Source: Geobacteraceae bacterium
Lineage (GTDB): Bacteria; Desulfobacterota; Desulfuromonadia; Desulfuromonadales; BM103
Length of the DNA: 64,000 nt
Direction of reading: 5' to 3'
NCBI GenBank assembly: GCA_024640545.1
Contig: JAHEEU010000267.1
Coordinates: 4,223 to 68,222, forward strand
The translations under genes were made by a program, and so were the position numbers. The notes under the pieces are model-generated. The model made no database searches and was not told the origin of the DNA. It saw nothing but the letters and a program-made list of their open reading frames with translations. This document shows, piece after piece, positions 27,587-39,823 of this stretch (positions are counted from its first letter, which is position 1; every line of letters starts with the position of its first letter).

Positions 27587-28011
27587 TCACTGAGGATGAG
27601 CGCATGGTCGAAACAGAGCAAAGACGGCAGCGTGTCGAGGGGAAAGAGCTGCACATGCTCGGCATCATCGCCGGCGCGGGGGACGCCATGGGCCTCTGCA
27701 GTGAACACTACGGAAATATTGTGCTGCCGAGGATCGCGCTGAGGGTCTGAATAAGCCCGGAATTGCCGCAGGTTTTCGATCTCGAGCCCGGTCTCTTCAC
27801 GTGCTTCACGAACGGCCGCCTCTTCGAGGGTTTCGCCATAGTCGACGAAGCCGCCGGGCAGCGCCCAGCCGTAAGGCGGGTTGCGGCGTGCGATCAGAAC
27901 GATGCTGGCGCCGATCCTGATGATGATGTCCACGGTGGGGAAGGGGTTGCGGTAACCAACCACGACCGAGCCGCACTTCGGGCAGACCAGGCAATCTTGC
28001 ATGACAGGCAA
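27565..28011 (-). CDS. NUDIX hydrolase with an N-terminal zinc-ribbon-like CPKCG motif
   Basis: Nudix box [24 protein letters not shown]; 148 aa. Its 3' end overlaps the mqnA 3' end by 22 nt (convergent). Confidence 0.85.
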   Translation of the reverse strand: MPVMQDCLVCPKCGSVVVGYRNPFPTVDIIIRIGASIVLIARRNPPYGWALPGGFVDYGETLEEAAVREAREETGLEIENLRQFRAYSDPQRDPRQHNISVVFTAEAHGVPRAGDDAEHVQLFPLDTLPSLLCFDHALILSDYSAGKK

Positions 28012-28069
28012 CCTCCGGTTGACACTCAGCTCACAATTGCATTAATAATAACCGAAATTTAAACACCTT

Positions 28070-28156
28070 GCCCGGGTGGCGGAACTGGTAGACGCAAGGG
28101 ACTTAAAATCCCTCGGCCGTAAGGCTGTACGAGTTCGATTCTCGTCCCGGGTACCA
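28070..28156 (+). tRNA. tRNA-Leu (anticodon UAA), class II with a long variable arm and encoded CCA
   Basis: Acceptor GCCCGGG/CCCGGGT, anticodon stem AGGGA/TCCCT with loop CTTAAAA, variable arm CGGCCGTAAGGCTGT, T-arm ACGAG-TTCGATT-CTCGT, discriminator A plus CCA. Confidence 0.93.
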
Positions 28157-28168
28157 CAAGAAGATCAA

Positions 28169-28198
28169 GGGTTTAGCTTAATTGCTAAGCCCTTTTTC
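28169..28198 (+). terminator. Terminator hairpin after tRNA-Leu
   Basis: GGGTTTAGC-TTAATT-GCTAAGCCC followed by TTTTT. Confidence 0.6.
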
Positions 28199-28473
28199 TT
28201 TATGGTATAATCCCCCCAAATAACCCCATGGACCACTGCTGGACCACTAGGGTGCAACTAAAAGCAGTAAATCACTTTAAATTTGACACAATCCACCCTT
28301 GAACCTACTCGTAAAATTAATGCGCGGCTGTTGCTATTTGATGTGACTATTTGTCGACTGTGGTTATTTGTGGCCCATGATTGGTCCGCGGTAAAGTGTT
28401 CAGGGACACAACAATCTTGATGGCCTGCCATGGCAGAGACTCTTTGGTGTGGATGTCGGGCCGGCTCTTTTAG

Positions 28474-28515
28474 TGCAAAATATTATTTGCATAAAATGCA
28501 TAAAATGTAGATAAT
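28474..28515 (+). promoter_or_regulatory. Candidate hipBA promoter/operator region
   Basis: Inverted repeat TGCAAA-N6-TTTGCA (28474-28491), tandem 9-mer TGCATAAAA x2 (28488-28505), and TTGCAT-17 nt-GATAAT hexamers (28487-28515). Confidence 0.35.
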
Positions 28516-28545
28516 AATAAATATAATTACTGTTAAGGTTTGGAA

Positions 28546-28854
28546 ATGATAGTCTCAGGAACGGTTGCAGATAGCTTGAAAGCCCTCGGTGCCCGACTGC
28601 GCGAGGAGCGCTTGCGGCGTAATGAGTCGCAGAAGGTTTTTGCTTCCCGCATCGGGGTAAGCGTCCCGACTCTCTTTAAGATGGAGAGCGGTGACCACCG
28701 TGTACAGCTTGGGCACTGGGCCGTGGCCCTGGATATTCTCGGGCTTGCGGAGGATCTTGACCGGTTGCTGATGCCGAAAGAGAATCTTTTCGCCAAATAC
28801 GAACAGATGCAAAAACCGAAACGCCAGCGCGCATCGCGTAAAGGTGGAAAATGA
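28546..28854 (+). CDS. hipB: XRE-family helix-turn-helix antitoxin (HipB-like)
   Basis: HTH LREERLRRNESQKVFASRIGVSVPTLFKMESG. Overlaps hipA by 4 nt (ATGA). ATG at 28546 preferred over the TTG at 28540. Confidence 0.8.
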   Translation: MIVSGTVADSLKALGARLREERLRRNESQKVFASRIGVSVPTLFKMESGDHRVQLGHWAVALDILGLAEDLDRLLMPKENLFAKYEQMQKPKRQRASRKGGK

Positions 28855-30041
28855 TCTATCGAATCGAAGTCTGGATTGCCCTGGAGGCGAAACAAATCCT
28901 CGCCGGTGAGACGGTCTGCGAGATCGGTGACGATGGCAGAGGGCGCGGAGCGTTCCGATATACACCAGACTATTTGAACCGCAAGAGGGCCTTCGCGCTG
29001 GACCCGATTTCGCTGCCGTTACGTGAAGGGGAATTCACGATCGAGCACCCGGGGATTTTCGGAGTGTTCGAAGACAGCTTGCCGGACGATTGGGGGCGGC
29101 GCCTGCTGGTCCGCAAGCATCGCATTCCGTTGCATCAGCAGAATCTGCCGAAGCTTCTATTGTCATTAGGGGGCAATGGTCTTGGCGCGCTCTCCTTTGT
29201 TGAGACAGGCCTGCCTCAGAAATCGTCAGAAGAGGCTTCGGTCATTGTTCTCGACCGCCTGGTCGCGGCTGCCGAAGCGTTCGAGCGCGGCGACAAAAAC
29301 GATACCGACATCAACCTGCTGCTTGGGGCGGGGAGTTCTCCTGGTGGGGCACGCCCGAAGGTTCTGGTGTACGACGAACAGGCGGACGTGCATTGTCTCG
29401 CCAAATTCCCGAGCATCAAGGACCATGTCGATGTGGTACGCATTGAAACGGCGACGATGAATCTGGCGGCGAAGGCAGGGCTGATTGTGCCCGAAACGAA
29501 ACTGGTCGAGTGTGGCGGTCGAGCGGTCCTGCTGGTCAAGCGCTTTGATATCGTGCCGCAGGGACGGCGCCACATGGTCAGCCTGCAAACACTGCTCAAA
29601 GCCACCGGATACTATCAGGCCCGGTATGCGGATATCCTGAGCGTGGTGCGCAAAGTCAGTGCCGATCCGCACGCTGATTCCGAACGACTGTTCCGGCAGA
29701 TGGTTTTCAATGCGGTGATTCACAATACCGATGATCACCTGAAGAACTTCTGGATGACATGCACCAGCGATGAGGGGTGGAGGCTATCCCCTTCTTTCGA
29801 CTTGGTCCCGGATATCAACCAGCGCGGCGAGCACGTCCTGTTCTTTGATCTCGATCCGGTTTATCCGGGACGGGCCAGCCTGGAACGGTTGGGGCGCACA
29901 TGGGGAATCGCCTCTGCCGTGGCAATCGTCGAGCAGGTTTTTGCGGCTGTGTCCGCGTGGCGTGATATGTACCAATCTTGTGGGGTTTCACAAAAAGATA
30001 TTGAGCGGTTTTCCGAAATTGACGACTATCTGAACCGCTGA
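28851..30041 (+). CDS. hipA: HipA-family serine/threonine kinase toxin (type II TA)
   Basis: 396 aa. HipA N-terminal coupling domain, P-loop-like SSPGGARPKV, catalytic NTDDHLKNF motif. Confidence 0.9.
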   Translation: MIYRIEVWIALEAKQILAGETVCEIGDDGRGRGAFRYTPDYLNRKRAFALDPISLPLREGEFTIEHPGIFGVFEDSLPDDWGRRLLVRKHRIPLHQQNLPKLLLSLGGNGLGALSFVETGLPQKSSEEASVIVLDRLVAAAEAFERGDKNDTDINLLLGAGSSPGGARPKVLVYDEQADVHCLAKFPSIKDHVDVVRIETATMNLAAKAGLIVPETKLVECGGRAVLLVKRFDIVPQGRRHMVSLQTLLKATGYYQARYADILSVVRKVSADPHADSERLFRQMVFNAVIHNTDDHLKNFWMTCTSDEGWRLSPSFDLVPDINQRGEHVLFFDLDPVYPGRASLERLGRTWGIASAVAIVEQVFAAVSAWRDMYQSCGVSQKDIERFSEIDDYLNR

Positions 30042-30084
30042 TGCAGTTCGTTCGCACTGAAGAGGCGATAAGGAATATCGGTCA

Positions 30085-30435
30085 ATGATCAACAGAGCCG
30101 CAATCATTCTCAAATGTAAGCCACCGATGTTGCATTGGATCAACGAATCGGACCCGTACGATGACGATCCTCAGAACTCCATGGAAGAGGTCAACCGCGA
30201 CCGCAACATTTATTTGATATCAGACAGAGACGCCGACGACGGCAAGGCGCAGACCCGTTGGCTTAAGGCGAATTACGCCGTGTTGTTCGAGGCGGAATTG
30301 GAAGGGTGGTACACCGACGAGAGCCTGTGGCCGCAGAAACGGACGTTCAAGCTGTTCCAGGAGTGGTTCGAGGTTGAATGCCACACCATGATCGAGGATA
30401 CGGTCGGTACGCCGATTGAGAATGGTGAGCGCTAG
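30085..30435 (+). CDS. Hypothetical acidic 116-aa protein
   Basis: Clean ORF 43 nt downstream of hipA on the same strand. No motif I can name. Confidence 0.55.
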   Translation: MINRAAIILKCKPPMLHWINESDPYDDDPQNSMEEVNRDRNIYLISDRDADDGKAQTRWLKANYAVLFEAELEGWYTDESLWPQKRTFKLFQEWFEVECHTMIEDTVGTPIENGER

Positions 30436-30634
30436 GGTGGTCACCCGATTTTTGTGACAATATTGTGTACTCCCCGGTCTACTTCAGGCATCTGATGACC
30501 ATTGTTGGCAATTCGTCACAATAGAACAGACGTAAACTTAGGTTGGCTTAAGTATCTGAAAGTATTTGACTTTATTTGTTGTGGCATGGTATGCGCCGAT
30601 GTGGCTTTGGGGTGTGAAGGTCGTTGGCCGTTGT

Positions 30635-30690
30635 GACTTAAAATCCCTCGGGAACAATCCTGTACGAGTTCGATCTCGTCCCGGGTACCA
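30635..30690 (+). repeat. Truncated, degenerate copy of the 3' two-thirds of tRNA-Leu(UAA); putative attR
   Basis: GACTTAAAATCCCTCGG is identical to 28100-28116. TGTACGAGTTCGATCTCGTCCCGGGTACCA matches 28127-28156 with one T deleted. The variable arm has diverged and there is no 5' half. Confidence 0.8.
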
Positions 30691-30700
30691 CTCATGAAAA

Positions 30701-30745
30701 CAAGGGGTTAGCCGAAACCGGGCTAACCCCTTGTTGGGTTTTGAT
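30701..30745 (+). terminator. Strong hairpin terminator after the partial tRNA copy
   Basis: Perfect 13-bp stem CAAGGGGTTAGCC / GGCTAACCCCTTG followed by TTGGGTTTT. Its sequence is related to the hairpin at 28169-28198. Confidence 0.65.
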
Positions 30746-30981
30746 GGACAAGGCCGGTTTTTCTGCCTATTTTGCAACTTGGCCGCAAGCTGTCATAATA
30801 AATGCCGCAATAGCATCGGCTTGGTTTGTTCCCTTGAAACTTGGCATCAAAGTAGGATGAATCCCGGCCGGTCAACTTGCAGGGCCGCCGTTGAGAACCG
30901 GCCGTCCTGCAAGATGGTGCAAGCAACATCCTGAACACATGATGCCTTCGGTGGCACGCGCTCCGACAATACGAAAGCCGC

Positions 30982-31839
30982 TTGATGAAAGACAGTGTCC
31001 CTGACCTGCTGCAAACCCTGACCCTCGAGCGCCTGGATGAAAACCTGTATCGCGGCGAGAGCCGCGACATCGGCGGGCATCACCTGTTCGGCGGGCAGCT
31101 GCTCGGCCAGGCCCTGCTCGCCGCCAGCCAGACCGTCGAGTGGCGCGGGGCGCATTCCATGCACGGGTATTTCCTCCGGCCCGGGGACAAGAGCGCTCCC
31201 GTTATATACGAGGTTGACCGGATCCGCAGCGGTCGAAGTTATGCCACCCGGCGGGTCGTGGCGATCCAGCATGGCAAACCGATCTTCAACATGTCGGCGT
31301 CCTTCCAGGTTCGCGAAGAGGGGATCGAACATCAGATCGAAATGCCCGAGGTGCCCAGCCCGGACGCTTTGCCCGATATGACCGAGCTGTTCAGGCGGAA
31401 GCAGGAAGAAGTCCCCGAGAGGTTGGCCAGGTTGCTGGCCCGGCAGCGGCCCATCGAGTTTCGACCTGTCGATCCGGTACACCCCTTTGAACCTGAGCCG
31501 CGGCCTCCGTTTCGCCAGATCTGGTTCAGGGTTGACGCGGGGTTGCCGGACGATCCGGCGGTCCACAAGGCGCTGCTCGCTTATGCCTCCGATTTTTCCC
31601 TGCTCGGCACCGCCCTGTTGCCCCATGCGCTGACCTTCATGCAGGGCACCATCCGTGCGGCGAGCCTCGATCACGCCATGTGGTTCCATCGGGATTTCCG
31701 CGTAGATGAATGGCTGCTCTATGCGATGGACAGCCCCAGCGCCTCTCATGGACGCGGCTTCAGCCGCGGGCACCTGTTCAGCCGCGATGGGCGCTTGCTG
31801 GCATCCGTCACCCAGGAAGGAATGATCCGCAGGATATGA
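30982..31839 (+). CDS. tesB: Acyl-CoA thioesterase II
   Basis: 285 aa. LERLDENLYRGESRDIGGHHLFGGQLLGQAL is typical of double-hotdog TesB. Confidence 0.9.
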   Translation: MMKDSVPDLLQTLTLERLDENLYRGESRDIGGHHLFGGQLLGQALLAASQTVEWRGAHSMHGYFLRPGDKSAPVIYEVDRIRSGRSYATRRVVAIQHGKPIFNMSASFQVREEGIEHQIEMPEVPSPDALPDMTELFRRKQEEVPERLARLLARQRPIEFRPVDPVHPFEPEPRPPFRQIWFRVDAGLPDDPAVHKALLAYASDFSLLGTALLPHALTFMQGTIRAASLDHAMWFHRDFRVDEWLLYAMDSPSASHGRGFSRGHLFSRDGRLLASVTQEGMIRRI

Positions 31840-32844
<1,005 letters not shown>

Positions 32845-32879
32845 AGGGCCCTTTCACGGTATTATGAATGCTTCTGTAA

Positions 32880-32997
32880 CCTGAAAAAAGGTTTCACGCA
32901 GAGGCGCTTAAGGTCGCAGAGGGAAAGTTCATAAATCTACTAAATATCATGGCCTTGGCATTGCTCTCTGCGTCTCTGCGGTACTGCGCGAGTTAAT
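32880..32997 (+). repeat. Palindromic intergenic repeat, copy D (subfamily 2)
   Basis: About 75% identical by eye to the reverse complement of 55106-55224. Shared blocks: CTGAAAAAAGGTTT, AGTTCATAAATCT, GGCATTGCTCTCTGC. Confidence 0.75.
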
Positions 32998-33080
32998 GTT
33001 TAAGCTTGCTTGCCTTCGTTTGGGCTGTCGGCCCGAGGCCCTGCTGCTTATCTTAAGATTGACTTCGGAGGTTGACCACC

Positions 33081-33839
33081 ATGGGTGTTACCGTCGTTAT
33101 CCCGGCACGTTATGCCTCGACCAGATTCCCTGGAAAGCCGCTGGCCGACCTGTGCGGGAAGCCGATGATCCAGTGGGTTTACGAACGTTCGTCGCTCTGC
33201 GAGGCGGTTGACCGGGTGATCGTTGCCACCGATGATGCGCGGATTGCCGAGGCTGTGACCGCGTTCGGCGGCGAGGTGGCGATGACCCGAACCGATCATG
33301 CCACCGGCACCGACCGCCTGGCCGAGGTGGCCGCCGGCCTGAATGCTGAGCTGGTGGTCAACGTCCAGGGCGACGAACCGATGATCGACCCGGCCATGAT
33401 CCAGGCGGCCGTGGCGCCCCTGCTGGCAGACGAATCGATCCCCATGGGAACGCTCAAGACCCCCCTGACATCCCTGGCGGAATATCGTGACCCGAATGTC
33501 GTCAAGGTGGTCACCGACCGGCTGGGCTTCGCGCTTTACTTCTCCCGGGCGCCGATTCCATACCCGCGGGATTTCCGTGGTGACCTCGGACAGCGCTGGG
33601 CCGAGCTGGCGACCGCCAGGCACGTCGGCCTGTACGTCTATCGGCGGGAGTTCCTGCTCGGCTACCCGCATCTCCAGGCAACGCCCCTGGAGGCACAGGA
33701 GTGCCTCGAGCAGTTGCGGGCCCTCGAACACGGCTTCCGCATCAGGGTGGCGGAAACCGCGCTGCCGGGGCAGGGGGTTGACACGCCGGAGGACCTCGAA
33801 CGGGTGAAGAAGATTCTGTCCGCGGCTTTTCCCGCTTAA
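33081..33839 (+). CDS. kdsB: 3-deoxy-manno-octulosonate cytidylyltransferase (CMP-Kdo synthetase)
   Basis: [17 protein letters not shown] motif. ATG at 33081 after GGAGG. Confidence 0.93.
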   Translation: MGVTVVIPARYASTRFPGKPLADLCGKPMIQWVYERSSLCEAVDRVIVATDDARIAEAVTAFGGEVAMTRTDHATGTDRLAEVAAGLNAELVVNVQGDEPMIDPAMIQAAVAPLLADESIPMGTLKTPLTSLAEYRDPNVVKVVTDRLGFALYFSRAPIPYPRDFRGDLGQRWAELATARHVGLYVYRREFLLGYPHLQATPLEAQECLEQLRALEHGFRIRVAETALPGQGVDTPEDLERVKKILSAAFPA

Positions 33840-33897
33840 GGTTTGATGAATAAGGGGTTTTCATTTAAGCGACGTAAGTGTAAAATCCGTGGCTTGA

Positions 33898-36364
<2,467 letters not shown>

Positions 36365-36368
<4 letters not shown>

Positions 36369-37351
36369 AGATGGATAAACGCGCAGAAATTCTGGACTCG
36401 GCCCGTAAAGTCCTGCAGATCGAGGCCGACGCGGTCGTGGCTTTGGCCCGGCGGCTGGATGAACGCTTCGCCATGGCGGTGGAGATGATCCTGGGCTGTA
36501 CCGGGCGAGTCATCGTGACCGGCATGGGCAAGTCGGGCCTGATCTGTCAGAAAGTGGCTGCGACCATGGCTTCGACAGGCACGCCGGCCATCTTCCTGCA
36601 CCCCGCGGAAGGGGTGCACGGCGACCTGGGCATCTTGATGAAGGGTGATGTCGTGGTCGCGGTTTCCTCCTCCGGCGAAACGGAGGAGATCACGCGCATC
36701 CTGCCGGTCATCAAGCGGATGGGCCTGCCACTGATCGCCATGACCGGAAGCTCTGCCAGCACCCTGGGCCGGGCCGGTGATGTCTTCCTCGATATCTCGA
36801 TCAAGGAGGAGGCCTGTCCGCTGCAGCTGGCTCCGACGGCAAGCACCACCGTCACCCTGGCCATGGGTGATGCCCTGGCCGTTGCCCTGTTGCTGCAGAG
36901 AGGTTTCCGGGAAGAGGACTTTGCCCTGTATCACCCCGGGGGGGCTTTGGGCAAGCGGCTCTTGTTGCGGGTTGAAGACCTGATGCATGTGGGTGACGCT
37001 GTCCCGACCGTCAATGTGAACACCCTGCTGAAGGACGCTCTGTACGTGATCTCCAGCAAAAAACTGGGCATCACCGGGATTCTCGACGATCGCGGTGATC
37101 TGGTCGGAGTCTTTACCGACGGTGACCTGCGCCGTAAGATCGAGCAGGGGATCGAGGTCCTCAACCTGCCGGTTTGCGAGCTGATGAGCGGCAGGCCGAA
37201 GCGAATCCTGGGTACCAACCTGGCAGCCAAGGCCCTGCAGCGCATGGAGGAGCACCAGATCACATCCCTGTTCGTGTTCGACTCGGAAGAGGACCAGGCG
37301 CCGGTCGGGATTATTCACCTGCACGATCTGCTCAAGGCCGGGGTGATCTGA
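36365..37351 (+). CDS. kdsD: Arabinose-5-phosphate isomerase (SIS + tandem CBS domains)
   Basis: 328 aa. GRVIVTGMGKSG SIS motif and C-terminal CBS pair. Confidence 0.9.
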
Positions 37352-37869
37352 TGGCTGACGACCTTTCCGCGATCAAACTGCTGCTGCTTGATGTCGATGG
37401 CGTCATGACCGACGGGCGCATCATCTATGACAGCAACGGCGGCGAGACCAAGGCCTTCGACGTCAAGGACGGCCATGGCCTCAAGCTGGTCCAGCGCGCC
37501 GGGATCCAGGTCGGCATCATTACCGGGCGCCAGTCGACCATTGTCGACCGCCGGGCAGCCGAGTTGGGAATCGAACTGGTTTATCAGGGTGCCAAGGACA
37601 AGCGGCTGCCCTTCAGGAAAATTCTTCAGAAACTTGCTCTCGAGCCAGGGGAGGTCGCCTATGCAGGCGACGATCTCGTTGACCTTCCCGTCATGCGGCA
37701 GGTGGGTTTTGCCGCAACCGTTGCCGACGCCATGGATGAGGTGAAAGCTGCCGCCCACCTGGTGACCAGGCGCGCCGGCGGGCGAGGTGCGGTCCGGGAG
37801 ATTTGCGATCACCTCCTCAAGGCCTCCGGCCGTTGGTCGGCAGTGACGCGTCGTTATTTCGAAGACTAG
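37351..37869 (+). CDS. kdsC: Kdo 8-phosphate phosphatase (HAD-IIIA, YrbI family)
   Basis: ATG at 37351 overlaps the kdsD stop. LLLLDVDGVMTDG and YAGDDLVDLPVM motifs. Confidence 0.88.
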   Translation: MADDLSAIKLLLLDVDGVMTDGRIIYDSNGGETKAFDVKDGHGLKLVQRAGIQVGIITGRQSTIVDRRAAELGIELVYQGAKDKRLPFRKILQKLALEPGEVAYAGDDLVDLPVMRQVGFAATVADAMDEVKAAAHLVTRRAGGRGAVREICDHLLKASGRWSAVTRRYFED

Positions 37870-37949
37870 CCCGCCATACAAATCCCATGCCAACTTGCCT
37901 TATTGCGCTTTACAGTAAACATTCCGGAGTGCTATACTGAGCCACGTCG

Positions 37950-38522
37950 ATGAGCTACTTCAAGCCGCGCAATCTTCTCCTGGTTTTGGCCCTGGCTCTG
38001 GCATTGATCCTGCTGGCAGTCATCGGCCTGCGTTATCGACCTGCTAGCCAATTGCAGACGGTGGTGAAGGCGCTGCCCAAGGGAGTCGATGTCTCGATGC
38101 AGGACATTGACTATACCCACCTCGAGGAGGGGCAGGCACGCTGGCGTCTGGTCGCCAGCCAGGTCGTGCGCCAGGCGGAAACCGGGCGCCTTGCAGTCAA
38201 CAGGCCGCGGATGAGCTTTTACGATGCCCAGGGGGAACCCTCAGGCTCCCTGGAGGCCGACCAGGGCGAGGTCAGCGACGATTATCAGAGAGTCAGGTTG
38301 ATCGGCCATGTCGTGCTGAGGAACCCTGACGGGTATACGCTGTACACCGATCATCTCGATTATGATCAGGATTCACAGACGGCGACGAGTGACGCGCATG
38401 TGCAACTGGTCGGAGAAGGGGTCCAGCTGGAAGGGACCGGGTTGGTGTTTAACGTACCGAAGAGGCTTCTAAACCTGAGTGCCGATGTGAGAGGGTCCCT
38501 TGACCCTGCTGAGAGAAAATGA
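37950..38522 (+). CDS. lptC: LPS export system protein LptC
   Basis: 190 aa with an N-terminal TM anchor, positioned directly upstream of lptA and lptB. Confidence 0.75.
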   Translation: MSYFKPRNLLLVLALALALILLAVIGLRYRPASQLQTVVKALPKGVDVSMQDIDYTHLEEGQARWRLVASQVVRQAETGRLAVNRPRMSFYDAQGEPSGSLEADQGEVSDDYQRVRLIGHVVLRNPDGYTLYTDHLDYDQDSQTATSDAHVQLVGEGVQLEGTGLVFNVPKRLLNLSADVRGSLDPAERK

Positions 38523-39025
38523 CGATTCCTGTTCCGAAAATAACAGCCTGCCTGATCATGGCCTTCCTACTGCTTGTGTCGTTGTCCGCGCATGCCGCTT
38601 CTGAAGCGCAACAACAACCCCGTGGACCGGTGAAGGTCTCCGCCGATCGTCTCGAAGCCGACGACAAGGCCCAGCAGCTGGTTTTTTCGGGGAATGCCGT
38701 TGCCGTTCAGGATGACCTGACCGTGCATGGTGACCGTCTGACGGTCAAGTATAGCGGAGCGCAACGGGACATTCAGCAGGTGATCGCAGAGGGCTCTGTG
38801 CGGATCGTTCAGGGAACCCGGGTGGCGACCGGAGCAAAAGCGGTCCTCTATCGTCCTGAAGACCGGATTGTCTTGACCGGTTCACCGAAAGTCACCGATG
38901 GTGACAGTTTTGTCCAGGGCCAGGAGATCACGCTCTACCTGAATGACCAGCGCAGCGTGGTCACCGGCGGCGCCGGGGGCCGGGTCAACGCCGTTTTTAC
39001 CCCGCAGACGGAGAAGAAGCCTTGA
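38519..39025 (+). CDS. lptA: LPS transport periplasmic protein LptA (OstA N-terminal-like)
   Basis: 168 aa with a signal peptide and an OstA-like beta-jellyroll pattern ([11 protein letters not shown]...VFSGNAV). Confidence 0.8.
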   Translation: MTIPVPKITACLIMAFLLLVSLSAHAASEAQQQPRGPVKVSADRLEADDKAQQLVFSGNAVAVQDDLTVHGDRLTVKYSGAQRDIQQVIAEGSVRIVQGTRVATGAKAVLYRPEDRIVLTGSPKVTDGDSFVQGQEITLYLNDQRSVVTGGAGGRVNAVFTPQTEKKP

Positions 39026-39747
39026 ATCACCTTCTGACTGCACGCGGCCTGTCAAAAGCCTACAAGAGCCGTCAGGTGGTCTCTTCGGTCGACCTGGAAC
39101 TTGGCTCCGGAGAAGTGGTCGGCCTGCTGGGGCCGAACGGGGCCGGAAAAACCACCTCTTTTTACATGGTGGTCGGCCTGGTCAGGCCGGATCAGGGGGA
39201 AGTTTTCCTCGACAAGGAAAACCTGACCCCGTTGCCGATGCACCAGAGAGCCCGGATGGGCATTTCGTACCTTCCCCAGGAGGCTTCGGTGTTTCGCAAG
39301 CTGACCGTGGAGCAGAACCTCTTGGCGATCCTGGAGACGGTGGAAAAATCCCGGGCTGTTCAGCAGACCCGAAAAGATCAACTGCTTGCCGATTTCCGCC
39401 TGAAGCACGTCGCCAAATCTTTCGGGTATGCACTCTCCGGGGGGGAACGGCGCCGGGTCGAGATCGCCCGGGCCCTGGTCCTGGAGCCGAAATTCATCCT
39501 GCTTGACGAGCCTTTTGCCGGGATTGACCCGATTGCTGTGCTTGATATCCAGGAGATTATCAGCGAATTGAAAAAACGCCGTATCGGCGTGTTGATATCC
39601 GACCACAACGTCCGTGAGACGTTGGGGGTGTGTGACCGTGCTTATATCCTCAACGAAGGGTGCGTCCTGGAGCACGGTTCCCCGGGTGAAATCGCCCAGA
39701 GTCCACGGGCCAGGGCGATTTACCTGGGGGAGAAGTTCCGGCTCTAG
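39022..39747 (+). CDS. lptB: LPS export ABC transporter ATP-binding protein
   Basis: Walker [10 protein letters not shown], signature LSGGERRR, Walker B ILLDEP; TTG start. Confidence 0.93.
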   Translation: MNHLLTARGLSKAYKSRQVVSSVDLELGSGEVVGLLGPNGAGKTTSFYMVVGLVRPDQGEVFLDKENLTPLPMHQRARMGISYLPQEASVFRKLTVEQNLLAILETVEKSRAVQQTRKDQLLADFRLKHVAKSFGYALSGGERRRVEIARALVLEPKFILLDEPFAGIDPIAVLDIQEIISELKKRRIGVLISDHNVRETLGVCDRAYILNEGCVLEHGSPGEIAQSPRARAIYLGEKFRL

Positions 39748-39823
39748 GAGCCCGGCTTTCAGGGGCAGTTTTTACCGGGCAGGAACTTGACCTGCCGCAA
39801 TCACTTTCCGTTATGATGGTGCC

